Shown here: in pieces, positions 22,684-34,714 of the stretch | Position numbering within the stretch: position 1 is the first letter of the stretch | How the letters are laid out: every line of letters starts with the position of its first letter | Assembly: GCA_002189035.1 (NCBI GenBank) | Contig: NEEC01000021.1 | Coordinates: 372,001 to 436,000, forward strand | Reading direction: 5' to 3' | Source of the DNA: Utricularia gibba | Taxonomy: Eukaryota > Plantae > Magnoliophyta | Length of the DNA stretch: 64,000 nt | Program-made: the position numbers and the translations under genes | The notes under the pieces: model-generated | Seen by the model: only the letters and a program-made list of their open reading frames with translations | What the model was told of the DNA's origin: nothing | Databases searched by the model: none

Positions 22684-25600
22684 ATGTTGCTCATTCTTAG
22701 TGATAGTCACGCTTTGCTATCATGGACACAACAACCTCTGGAGCAGTCTGGAAATTTGATGGATCGGATTACGCTATCTGGGCACTACGCATGAAGGCTT
22801 ATCTTGGCGCTACCAAACTATGGGATGTGGTGGAACACGATGCACCTGTTCCAAAACAAGCAAACTTAGCACCAGCACAAGCACGCTATGAGGAGTTGAT
22901 GGCTCGGAAGGAAGCAGCTAAAGTTGTGATCTTCTCTGGCCTTGATCGATCAATTAAAAATCGGCTTGCTCGTGATAACACAGAAAAGACCTTGGCTGCT
23001 CTTCAGTTACAACCTGTTTTTGAGGCAATAGGAAACAGTTCTGAACCACAGCAATCACAAAAGGCACGAAAGTTCCACAAAGACAAGAAAAATAAATTCC
23101 CACCATGCTCTCATTGCCAACGCAGTTCTCATTTGAGCAAATATTGCTGGAAACGGCCAGATGCCATCTGCAAATTGTGCAAATAATTAGGCCATGTTGA
23201 AAGGATTTGTCCCACAAAAAAATAGGGTGTTGCAAGACAGGCTATTGCAATGGCTGTGGCTATGGCATCTCAACAAGAACAGCAAGATGTTTTGCATAAA
23301 ATTGAATACATGTTTGCCTGTTTTTCTATAGAATCTCTAGCTTTTGATACATGGCTGATAGACTCTGGTTGCTCCTCACATATGGTAAGTAACCGAGCAT
23401 TTTTCCATTCATTGGACACAACCTACACCACAAGTGTCAAAATTGGAAATGGAAATGTCATTCAAGCATGTGGGAAAGGCAAGGTTCAGGTTATGACACC
23501 ATTTGGTTTGCGGTTGATAGATGAAGCTTTATGGGTGCTGATGATCGAGATCAATCTTCTGAGTGTTATTCAACTCAGCAAAAAAGGTTATAAAGTGTTT
23601 TTGAGTGGTACATCATGTTCCATCCATGATCCAACAGGTTGTTTGATATATGAAGGAGAAGCAAAAGATCACCATATACATTACCATGGTTTTTGTAGCC
23701 TCCAGGACAACCAGTTCAGTGTTATATAGCTCATTCCACCTCACTCAATTATTGGCATAGAGTCTTTGGTCATGCAAATTTTCGTGACATTAGCAGCATG
23801 TCACGGAAGAGATCTGTGAGAAATATGCCTCATCATCTTAGCAAGAGGAGTGAGGCTTAGTGTGGTATCTGTGCACAAGGTAAACTGATACAAAAACCTT
23901 TTCCTCATTTTGCTAACTTCAGAGCTAGTGTAAAGTTGGTGTTGGTGCACTCAGATCTTTGTGGGTTAATGAAAGTCGATTCATTAGGAGGAAGTAAGTA
24001 TTTTTTAAGCTTTATTGATGACTTTATGCACTATTGTTGGGTATACTTCTTGAGATACAAAGCTGATGCATATGAAAAATTTCTAGTCTTCAAGGCTTAT
24101 GCAGAAAAAGAGAGTGGCCTTCCACTCAAATGCTTACGTACAGATAATGGTGGAGAATTTTGTTCCACAATATTTGAAATTTTCTTGCAGCAGCAGGGAA
24201 TTTTGCTTCATAAAAATGTCCCTCATACTCCATCTCAAAATGGGGTATCTGAGAGGAAAAACCGAAGCATCATGTCAATGGTGAGATGTCTACTCCTAGA
24301 CAAACAAGTGCCAAATTTCCTATGGGGAGAGGCTGTAGTTACTACTGTTTATCTTCAAAATCGGCTTCCTAGTAAGGCACTAAATGGTGTAATTGCATAT
24401 GAAAAATGGACAGGAGTTACTCCATCTTGTCAATATTTGCGAATTTTTGGATCAGTGGTCTATTATCTAACCACACCAGTAGCACGAACAAAACTAGATG
24501 TCAAGGATGCTGCATGGATTCTGGTTGGTTATTCTGAAGTCATAAAGGGATATCGAATCTTTAATCCTTTAACCAAAAGTCTGCTAATTGCCAGAAATGT
24601 GAGGATAGATGAAGCAGACATTTGAAACTGGTCTTCTAGCCATCCAAATACTCTTGAACTTGGTCTCATTAATACAAGTAATCATAGACGTGAAGATTTT
24701 GATATGGCCATATTGTATGATTGGCCAGAGCAAGACTTAGATGGTGATGCACCTCTGCAACAATCAGATCCAAATTCAAAGCCTGATCATCAACTTGAGA
24801 TAAATGATGCAGGTGTTGAACAAATACCGAATGATAATCTGATGCCTTTTGCAACTCCAGGTTCTGCTTCCACATCTTCTAACTCACCTCCTGCTCAAAC
24901 CAAACTACTATCAGAGGTTTATGAGTATGCAAATGTGGCAATCCCTAAAACTGAACCAAATACTATCATTGAGGCTTTGCTTCTTCCTTAGAGAGAGGCT
25001 ATGTTAACCGAACTCAATATGATTGAGCAGCATGGTGCTTGGACATTGATTGATGCCCCACATGATGCAAATATAATTGGCTTAAAAAGGGTATTCCGGA
25101 TCAAAACGAATCCTGATGGTAATGTCCAAAAATACAAAGCTAGACTTATGGTAAAGAGGTATTCTCAAGAATATGGTGTAGATTATTTTGAGACTTTTGC
25201 ACCAATTGCTCAGTTTGTTGATTCTATCAATATTAGTTCAGAAACACTAGAACATCTATCAAATGGATGTGAAATCTGCCTTTTAAAATGGTGAGCTGCA
25301 AGAACGAATATATGCAATCCAACCACCAGATTTTGAGGTGAATAATCATCAGGTTCTTCTGCTGTCAAAAGCCCTCCATGACTTGAAACAAGCTCCTAGA
25401 GCCTGGTACTCTAAGCTTGAAGCAGCCCTACTGGACTTTGGATTTGAAAAGAGTCAAAACGAAGCTGCATTATTTGTGAAGCATCCTTCGGCCAAGCATT
25501 GTCTAGTGATTGTCATGTATGTTGATGACATCCTTATTACATAGGAGGACAAATGCTTCATTACTGATTTCAAGGAGTTCATGAGAATCAAGTTTCAAAT

Positions 25601-26482
25601 GACTGATCTTGAGCTTATGAATCAGTTTTTGGGCATGGAAATACAGCAATTAGCAAAGGGTGTGCTGGTCACGCAAGTCGAATATGTAAGGAATATGTTG
25701 CATTGATTTGGTCTTGCAGGTTGCACTCTTGTATCCACTCCGCTCTTAGCAGGTACTAAAGCTACTAATCTAGTGACACAAACCAGTCCCAAGCTCGAGA
25801 GTACACTTGTGAGGGCCATGATTGAATACCTCATGTTCTTAACCAACATCAGACCAGACTTAGCACAAGTTATTGGTTTTATCTCTCGCTACATGCATCA
25901 ACCAACAGCAAACCTACTCACTTGTGTTAAACAAATTCTTCGCTATGTTGTTGGCACTTCAGACTATGGCCTACTCTATCGCATAAATCCAACTCCTCAG
26001 CTTGAAGGCTATGCTGATGCAAATTTTGTTGGTGATGCAGATTTTCGAAGTACAAGTGGCTATATTTTCCACATTGGAACTACAATGATAAGGTGGAGTT
26101 CTGAAAAACAAAGCCTGGTTGCTCAATCCACAGCATAAGCTGAATATATTGCTGCTTCCTTAGCAGCAAACAATATTGTATGGTTGTGAAAAATGCTGAA
26201 AGATCTAGGTTTGGAGCAGACTGTGGCAACTAAGCTTCATTGTGATTCTTCAAGTGCAATTGCCATGATCAAAGATCCTATGTTTCATGGTCGAACCAAG
26301 CATATTTCTATCAAGTATCATGCTGTAAGAGAATTGCTTAAGGATCATCAAATATGTGTTGAATATTGTCCCACAAAATTGTAGCTTGCGAATATGCTGA
26401 CCAAGCCTCTGTCAATTGTTATGTTTGCAGTGTTCTAGAGCAAGCTTGGACTTGTGAGTAGTGCTGACTTCAAGGGAGAGTT

Positions 26483-26866
26483 TGTTAGATCATATGAAGT
26501 CAGCAAGCCTTAATATTAGTGATAAAAACATGATCCACATCAATTCCTGACTTAATCAGCTATGCTTCAAGTCCTCAACCACCTCTTCAAAAATTATGAT
26601 GTCATGAACAAGTCCACTCATTCACTTATAGGTTTCTGTTATTTTTTCTGTTGTCTTTAAGTTCTATTCGTTTGTCTTAATCTTTTATGTTTTTTTTTGT
26701 ACAAGAATACCTGCTGGTAATGTGCTGATATTCATCAATGAAAACTGTTTTTTTATCAAATTAGTGCATTGCCTTTTTTGATTCGTCCAACACTCACTAG
26801 CTATGTAACTAATGTGAAAATCCTAATCCCATAACAACTAGTGCATGCATTGATAATCATCCTACA
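26483..26866 (+). repeat. 3' LTR of the Copia element, preceded by the PPT
   Basis: PPT aagggagagtt at 26472-26482, then TGTTAGATCATATGAAG...CATCCTACA, then the TSD ATATA. Confidence 0.92.
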
Positions 26867-29800
26867 ATATACTCATCTTTTCTAGATATTTGATGCTTTT
26901 AGAAAAGACTTGAAACTCTAGAAGTTAACTACACTTCCAACTTGAGGGTGGTGAGTGTTGAAGACCCTACAATAGAAATTACTGATATGTTTTTTAGTAG
27001 GTTGGAAGTTTTAACAAAATGAGAGGTCATTACAAGTCATCGGGTGCTACATAACAAGAGAAGATATAATTGTATGAAGTTAGGTATAAACAATCATGCC
27101 ATAAAAAGGAGGATGCAATTGCAAGAAGTAAGACCCCTGTGGATAAAAACAACATCTAAGTCTCTTCAAGAAATTTAGAAGGATAGTGGAAATTATGTCT
27201 TAAGAAAATTTAGCAGGATGATGAAAATTGTATGAGGAGCAGAGCAAGAAATGAGAAGAATATCTATCTATTGAAATCTTGCATGCATGTAATATTGAGG
27301 AAGTTTGTTTAACACTTGAAGTAAAATGTTGTATTCTACTGTAAACTCATAATGATTTTTACATTACTGCTTGGGAGTTTTAAGTTCAGAGATTTTCCAG
27401 ATTATGGGTTCTATCTAGTAAATCTTTATCTTACGATATTCATTTTACAAACTGGAAATCACCTCTCCCACCTCAAGTATATGGGGGCATTCCACACAAT
27501 AGCGATGTATTTGGAATCTTCATCTTATTCAGATTTCTAATCTACAGAATGCGCATCAACTCAAACTACAACTATCCATCTCTTACCTTCCCAGGCAACT
27601 TCTCTGTATAAAAAATGGCCGAAAACGCATTCACGGGCAATAAAAACGGAGAAGAATGGGACCTTCGAGTACTCACCCAGAACGATGGCCAACCAACGAC
27701 TCCTCCTCTCCACATGTCCTCCATCCGCTCCAAAGCCTCAATCTCCCCATCGATCTCATGCTCCACCGCCACAACCACCATTCATCGATTCCATAGAAAC
27801 GAATCCGACGCAACATTCGCTTCCGATTACAAATGGAAAGCCCAACAAGCAACGCGTAAGGGGCCCATTGCAGACTGGGTTTCCATGTACAAGAAGCACA
27901 CAGAGCCTGTTCTGAAATGGCGTGCACTCAGACTCTCTTTTTCCCTTTTTCGCTTCCCATGTGGATAAAAAGCTGCAGAAAAGGGTATTTATCAGGATAA
28001 AAAAAATAATATTAAATTAAAAAAAGCAGCGTTGTTTCCCCCAAAAATACTCTGCACTTTGGGTTATACTTTGGACTCCAAATATTTTATCAAAGAATCC
28101 CAAATATTGTTATTATATAATTATTAATTTTTTTTCTATATAAATTTAAAAAATATTTTGTAATTCCTTCTGAGAATCTATTTTTATTATTCGAAAAATA
28201 AAATTGAATTTTACATAGATTAAAAGTAAAAGTAGTAATATTCACTTCGAACATCTTTTTTACTTTTACGGATTTTATCCCAAACTATTTTATAAAAAGA
28301 AAAATAAAAATGGGTTGCAAAACTTTTTCAAAACAGTCTATTAATTTTTCGCCACTTTGACTAATTTTCGAACTCATTTATCGCAAAACAGAAATATTTT
28401 AGATATTGTGTATAAATATAAGTACTAAATTATTATTGTAAAATATATTGAAAACGTAAAACATAAGAATCAGATTTCCAAAATAGAAATATTTTTAATA
28501 GTGTTAAGGTGTGCTAATAAAATGCATCACAATAACTGTTAAAGTGATTTTATTTAATTTGTAAAAATTTGAATCTTTAACCGTATAATTAGAATTTCAG
28601 ATAATGTATTTAAAATTAGAAATCATTAAATTTCTATTTTAGTGATTAAATAAAAAAATTAATTAGTAACATTATAATTTATAATTTTTCTTCACTCCAA
28701 AAATATATTTATATATTAACTTTTACAATGTATAATTTATTTTATTGATTTTTATAATATTTATATTATCTTTAAATTGATTATATTTTAATATATTGAT
28801 ATATGAAAACGAAAAGGAGTAAGCAGAGTGATTTATTGGTGAGTCAAACAAGGTGCTTGAAAGGGAATTCCTCGGGTGCATGTTATGGGTCTGTGCGGCG
28901 CTGGGGATGTGGTCCCCATTCATTATTTGCCCTACAAATCATCCTTACCATGCCCATTGGCATTGCAGTAAATGAAAATGGAAACCCCCAAATTATTCTT
29001 CTTCCTCTGCATATTCTTTTTCCCACATTTACAATATTAATAATTACTTTTCTTCTCCTTCACACACTGTATTATAAGATAAAAAAAATGTTATGAAAAT
29101 AATATCATTTATCAATGTTCTGTGTTTATCTTGAGACACGTGGATTGGAGTAATTGAAAACATGTGATCTAATTCATATTTCGAAATATTTATAGTATGG
29201 AAAACAAATTGATAATTCCATGAATTAATCAATGGGCCACATTAGTCATTGTTGACGTCACCACCCACTCCTTTAACATGTGTTCAATTATTGAAATTAG
29301 GCATGGGAGTTGAAAATCACAGTGATAATGACTTATTTAAATGTGCTTTACTATTTTAATTTACAAAATAGATAAAATTTAGAAAATCTTTAGTTTAAAT
29401 TTAAAAAATAGATTATACTTAAAAAATATTATATAAAACTATCTATTTAAATTTTAAAAAACATTATTTCTTTTTTATGATTTGTAATATTATTGTATTT
29501 GTTTCAAAAGAATTAAATTTATCAGATATGTTTTCAATTTCAGATAATTTTATCATTTTAATCATTTAATTTCATTCATTTAACTCTAAATTTTATTGAT
29601 TTTGATCATAGTTTATTAAAGTATTCTATAAAATATTATAAATTAAGGTATTTTGTAAATTAAATTAGTATATAAAATTTAGTTCATCCATTATTATTTT
29701 TATTTATTTTACTTAATATAGATTGTTTTATATTAAAATTATTTTTGAAATAGTGACTAGGTTAAGGTGAGTTTGGTCGACTATAACTCTGCCTAATTCT

Positions 29801-31245
29801 ACTTTTATAAAATCAAGTTCGATAAATTCTTCTAATAAAATATAAACAGGATTTTTATAATTTTTTAAAATAAGAATAACTTCTAAATTGATTCTCTTAT
29901 TAGAAGAATATCAATGTGTGTTTGTAAATAATGTGATTTAATAAATACCTATATATCATGTACTTGGTATAAAATTTTATAATTAGATTTATCGAGTATA
30001 TTAATTAAATGATTTTTTTGAAATAATAAGGGTAAAATTATATTTTAGGGGTAATAGAATTAACTAAAACACCCGATGGATGCATGTGTTTTATCATAAT
30101 GTCGTTTTAAATAAAAAAAATGATGATATATCTATCAATTAATACTAAATACCATTATTTACCAAATACATGATTAACAAGTGTAATTTAACATAAAATA
30201 AAGTTTCATGCATTGCCAAATGAATCATTAAGAATTAAAATCTTCACGTATTTAGGACCATAATTTTAGTGATAATCCCATGTTCGGAAAAATATCCTAT
30301 ATAAGATTATAAGGTTCATTCTATTTAAACATAATTAAATACATTTAGTAGCATCAAGAATAAGACCTCGAAATGGAATGAAGCCCATTTAATTGGTGAA
30401 AACGAGTCTCAGACTACTGAATTTTAGTGGTTGCTTAGAGTCAACATGGCCACATTTATTTATTTAGTGAGTGTCTGGTGCACATTTATTATATTACAAA
30501 CCAATTCAACCTAAACCGAATGTTGGTTGCAATCAAACTATTTACCTTGTTTCAAAACACTTCTTTGTTAGTAACAAAGCGTTTTTTAGTTTATTCTTAC
30601 TCCAATTATTTTAAAATATGGTAGAAACGAGTCCTGTGGGCATTGACTTGGTCACGAAAAGTTGGTAATAAAGCCTAAAGGAGGGTGAATAAAAATCGTA
30701 ACCGCGCGGTGGTAACCGTGAAAAAGTGGAATGACAGTGCACGGGGCACAGTGAATTTTGCGGGATGAGGGAGGCGCATCGTGTCTCAGGGTTAAGGTGA
30801 GAGGGGAATTGACCGGAAGCGCGTGGAGCCCACTCGCCACCACCATCTTTCACATCACAGTTCCTCGGGCAAGATCAGCAAAGCAGCGAGCGAGATGCGC
30901 ACTGACGGTCTCACAGTTTAGTTTCCCTCACACTCTGAACCAGTGAGCGAGCGAGCGACCAACCCCTTCTCTCTTTTCTCTCTCTACAAATTCAACCCCC
31001 CTCCACCCCACCATTTGTAGTTGTCGGTTTTTTCTCTCATTCCCCTTATTTTTCTTCCGACTCAATTCGCCCAATCCCCGAGGTATTGCTTCCCAACTCG
31101 CTCATGGGCAAGTCCCGTAACGGGGAGACCGAATTTCCAGTGAATGCATACAGTGTTGAAGCAGGCCAACTGCGTGATTCTGCTTTCTGCTGATATTTTT
31201 CCTGTGGCAACCTACACTCTCCGCCTTTGAGTTGTGACTGGTGTA

Positions 31246-32992
31246 ATGGAGAGAAAACATGGTGGGTTTTTCTCGGCTTTGAAGGAGGAAGTGGTTCGCG
31301 GTTTATCTCCATCGCGGACACGCTCCAAGAGTCCGGGTCGAAGCGTGTCTCCCATGGCGAGTCTTCTTCGTCGGAAAAAAGTTGGAACCAGTCACGCCGA
31401 GTCTCTGGTTTCGAGATCGGGAAGTATGAGGCCCGTTGGAGAGACGCTGACGCCGTTGATTGAGGGTCCGGATCCCGATGCCGAGGGAATCGGGGAGTCG
31501 AAACGGGTCGGGTCAGCTATCGGCCAGTGGGTCAGAGGTCAGCTGACGCGGTACCCGGCTGCTATTGAGAATGGGTTCGGGAGCAGAAGGGCTGACCTGA
31601 GAATGCTGCTTGGGGTTATGGGTGCGCCGCTCGCGCCGCTCAGCGTTAGCGCCACCGACCCTTGGCCACATCTGAGTATAAAGAACACCCCCATTGTGCG
31701 TATTGACTGCAGTCTTTGTTCTGGGTTTCTTTTCCTTTTTCTCTTTTGTCCATTTTGCACGGATCCTTCTTAACCATGAAGCCACGGTGGGCTAGTGTGT
31801 TCTACTGTGGAGTGTGCAGAAGGAAAACCCGCAGTGTCTTTTTTGGTGCTTGATTGCTTTTTTATTTCTCATACACGCCGTGGTTGCCGGAGAATCTTGC
31901 AGTTTCGTTTTTGCAGTGAACAAGAAATGTGCAGTGTTTGATTCTGTCTGGTGATTAATCTTCTCTTTGTAATGTGTAACTGCAGGAGAACTCATCTGCC
32001 CAGTACATACTCCAGCAGTATACTGCAGCATCCGGGGGTCAAAAAGTCCAAAGCTCGGTAAAGAATGCGTATGCCATGGGGAAGGTGAAGATGGTTGCTT
32101 CGGAGTTCGAGTCTGCAACTAAAGTTGTGAAGCACAGAAACGCAGCAAGATCTTCCGAGGCTGGAGGATTTGTTCTGTGGCAGATGAATCCTGGTATGTG
32201 GTATGTGGAGCTCGCAGTAGGAGGAAGCAAAGCTCAGGCAGGCTGCAACGGCAAGATAATGTGGCGCCACACGCCGTGGCTAGGTGCGCACACCGCCAAG
32301 GGTCCAGTTAGGCCGCTCCGCCGCGCCCTTCAGGTCGACTCTAGTTCCGATCTCTGTACTTGTGTAGTTTCTGTCAAGATTTGCTCTGATGTAATGCTTG
32401 TTTTTGACAAAAGGGACTTGATCCGAGAACTACAGCGACTATGTTTGCTGATGCGATTTGCATCGGGGAGAAAAGTGTGAACGGCGAAGATTGCTTCATT
32501 CTAAAACTCGCCGCCGATCCTCTGACGTTGAAAGCTCGGAGTGAAGGCCCAGCTGAATTAATCAGACATGTGATGTTCGGGTACTTCAGCCAAAAAACAG
32601 GGCTACTGGTTCACATGGAGGATTCACATCTAACCCGAATCCAATCCCACGGCGGTGGAGATGCTGTCTATTGGGAGACCACCATGTCCTCCTCTCTAGA
32701 TGACTACCGCCCAGTCGACGGAATCATGATAGCTCATTCCGGTCGATCCGTCGCCACCCTGTTCCGCTTCGGAGAAACCGCTATGAGTCATACCAAAACC
32801 AGGATGGAAGAAGCCTGGACCATCGAAGAAGTTGCTTTCAACATCCCCGGCTTATCAATGGACTGTTTCATTCCACCAGCAGACCTCAGAACAGGTTCTG
32901 CAGCCGAAGTCTCTCACGAAGAACACCACCTGAAGTCCAGCATCAGCCTCCCTGAATCCAAACCTGTGTCTTTCCACCACAACATTCTATAG
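31246..32992 (+). CDS. DUF620 family protein
   Basis: Exons 31246-31695, 31986-32333 and 32414-32992, all GT-AG and phase 0. Motifs LRMLLGVMGAPLAP, SIKNTPIENSSAQYILQQY, GGFVLWQM, WRHTPWLGAH, PLRRALQGLDP, VYWETT and TRMEEAWTIEEVAFN. Confidence 0.95.
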
Positions 32993-34249
32993 CGAAGATT
33001 TCGCTTATCCACTAAATTCCCTGCTGACCAAACACCTTAGATGTAGTGCTTTAGGCTTAAGTTTCAAAGAAGGTTCTTATCACTGCTACCCTGTGGTTCT
33101 ATAAGTTCTTGTGTGTGGCAGAGAGAGCATGAAAGCTCAGGAGAAGATGACGTTACAGAATGGTCCCATGATCTCTCCTGGAAATCTCTGGAACACAACC
33201 CTTGTTCGTTTTTTACCTCTCCCTTTTTCATGGCTGAGTTTTTTGACGGCAGCTTATGTGTCTGTACCTCCACAGCGCCGGCGGTCGCAAGGAGAAGACC
33301 GCCGGATTAGCTGAAAATTCGCTTTCTATCTTTGTGTGGTGGGTTGGTTGTCCCCATGTTATTTATGAACCAGTATTTGTGATTTGGTTGATGAAATTAT
33401 TAATACAAACATCAGCTTTCTTATCCTGTTCTTAAACATTATTTTAAAAATAGTTTGAGTTCATTCTCTTATCTAATCATGTATTTCAATTGAATTTAAT
33501 TTTTAATTATATTATTAAAAATTAAATAATTATTGAAATACATTGAAAAGCCTACAAAATAGATATAGGTGATCTTCAATCACAAATACAATGATTTTGG
33601 GTAGAAAATAGATCAAATGAAAGTTGATGCTCATTTTGTGAAAATTAGAATTGAGTATCCATGGTATATGTTATATTCAAAAGGTTGAAAGAATATAAAA
33701 ATTAACATAGTAATATATTACATGATGTTTATTTTTATAAATCAATGCAAGAAAAGTGACCAACCATATTATAAGTAATGCCAAACAATTTCTTGTTTGA
33801 TCTGGTTCATCTGTCAATGGAGATCAATTATGTAATTTATATTAAAAATAAAGATTAATTTTATGAAAATATTAAAAATTGGGATTTTTTTATGCAATTT
33901 TCTCGATATACTTTCATATCAATAAATCTTGATCTATAATTTAAATAAAATTTCCCATTTTTAAATAACCATTCAATCCTATTTTAAGTCTTTATTTATA
34001 TTTGTGTGTGTGAATTGTGAATGTTAGGATAATAAAAATATTAGTAATTAAATATAAAAAATTGTAATACATGTGATTTTTGGAGAACTTTATTAATTAA
34101 TAAAATGAGTAAAACAAGGGAGGGAAGCCTTGTTGCAGAGGCACGGCACATGGCAGTGGTCAAAGCTACGGCGCCTCTTTATTCTCTGTGTCCCCATTCC
34201 ACTTTTTAATTAATTATAACTAAAAGAATAAATGAATAATCAATATTTA

Positions 34250-34488
34250 TTTAATCACGAAACTTTAATTAAACCACATCATCAATTTTAATTTAATCAC
34301 AAAACTTTTATTAAACCACCTAATCAATATCGTTTGTTATTCAATGTACCCAATTAGGACTTGTTGACGTTGATATTACGCATCCAATGAATCAAACGAT
34401 AAACCACATCATCAATATCGTTGGTTATTCAATGTGCCCAATTAGGACTTGTTGACGGTGATATTACGCATCTCATGAATCAAACAAA
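34250..34488. repeat. Nested tandem duplications (about 41-bp pair, then 88-bp pair)
   Basis: 34313-34400 and 34401-34488 are near-identical 88-bp units. An atttaatcac.aaact..attaaaccac unit occurs at 34250 and 34291. Confidence 0.85.
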
Positions 34489-34691
34489 CACGTATGCAAA
34501 GTTGAAGTACATAAAAAATATGAATTTATATTAGAAAATTTGTATTTGGAGGATAAACGTATATCCATGTTCTTAAGAGGTCGTCGTTTGATGGTAAGAG
34601 TATTAATATATTTAACTATAATATAATTGAGTATGTATTTAATAAATTGTATATAACGTTTGGTATTCGAAAATAAAAATCTGAGTATATG

Positions 34692-34714
34692 ATATATATA
34701 TATATATATATATA
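34692..34714. repeat. (AT)n microsatellite
   Basis: About 11 consecutive AT units. Confidence 0.9.

Larger units (their letters stand above)
22273..26866 (+). mobile_element. Complete but non-functional Ty1/copia LTR retrotransposon (4594 bp)
   Basis: Two LTRs, perfect TSD ATATA (22268-22272 and 26867-26871), PBS and PPT. Domain order is gag (22722-23225, two CCHC knuckles), protease (WLIDSGCSSHM), integrase (23936-24625, HSDLCG, LRTDNGGEF, QNGVSERKNR), RT (YKARL, MYVDDILIT) and RNase H (YADANFVG, CDSSSAI, RTKHISIKYH). Many stops and frameshifts. Confidence 0.97.
22050..27340 (+). mobile_element. Older Ty1/copia 3' relic (RNase H end, PPT, 3' LTR) split by the younger Copia
   Basis: 22050-22272 joined to 26872-26925 reads IDNN...TQRTN...IRDILSQ*IFTLDKISIRYNIVGILTNILIFSRYLMLLEKT, a decayed Copia RNase H C-terminus. 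This is followed by aacttgagggtggtgag|TGTTGAAG (PPT plus LTR start at about 26957). Outer limits are approximate. Confidence 0.7.

Noticed and set aside
33133-33143. AAGCTCAGGAG match to the miR390 5' half
   Set aside because: Only 11 nt match, with no hairpin or star arm, in the DUF620 3' region.
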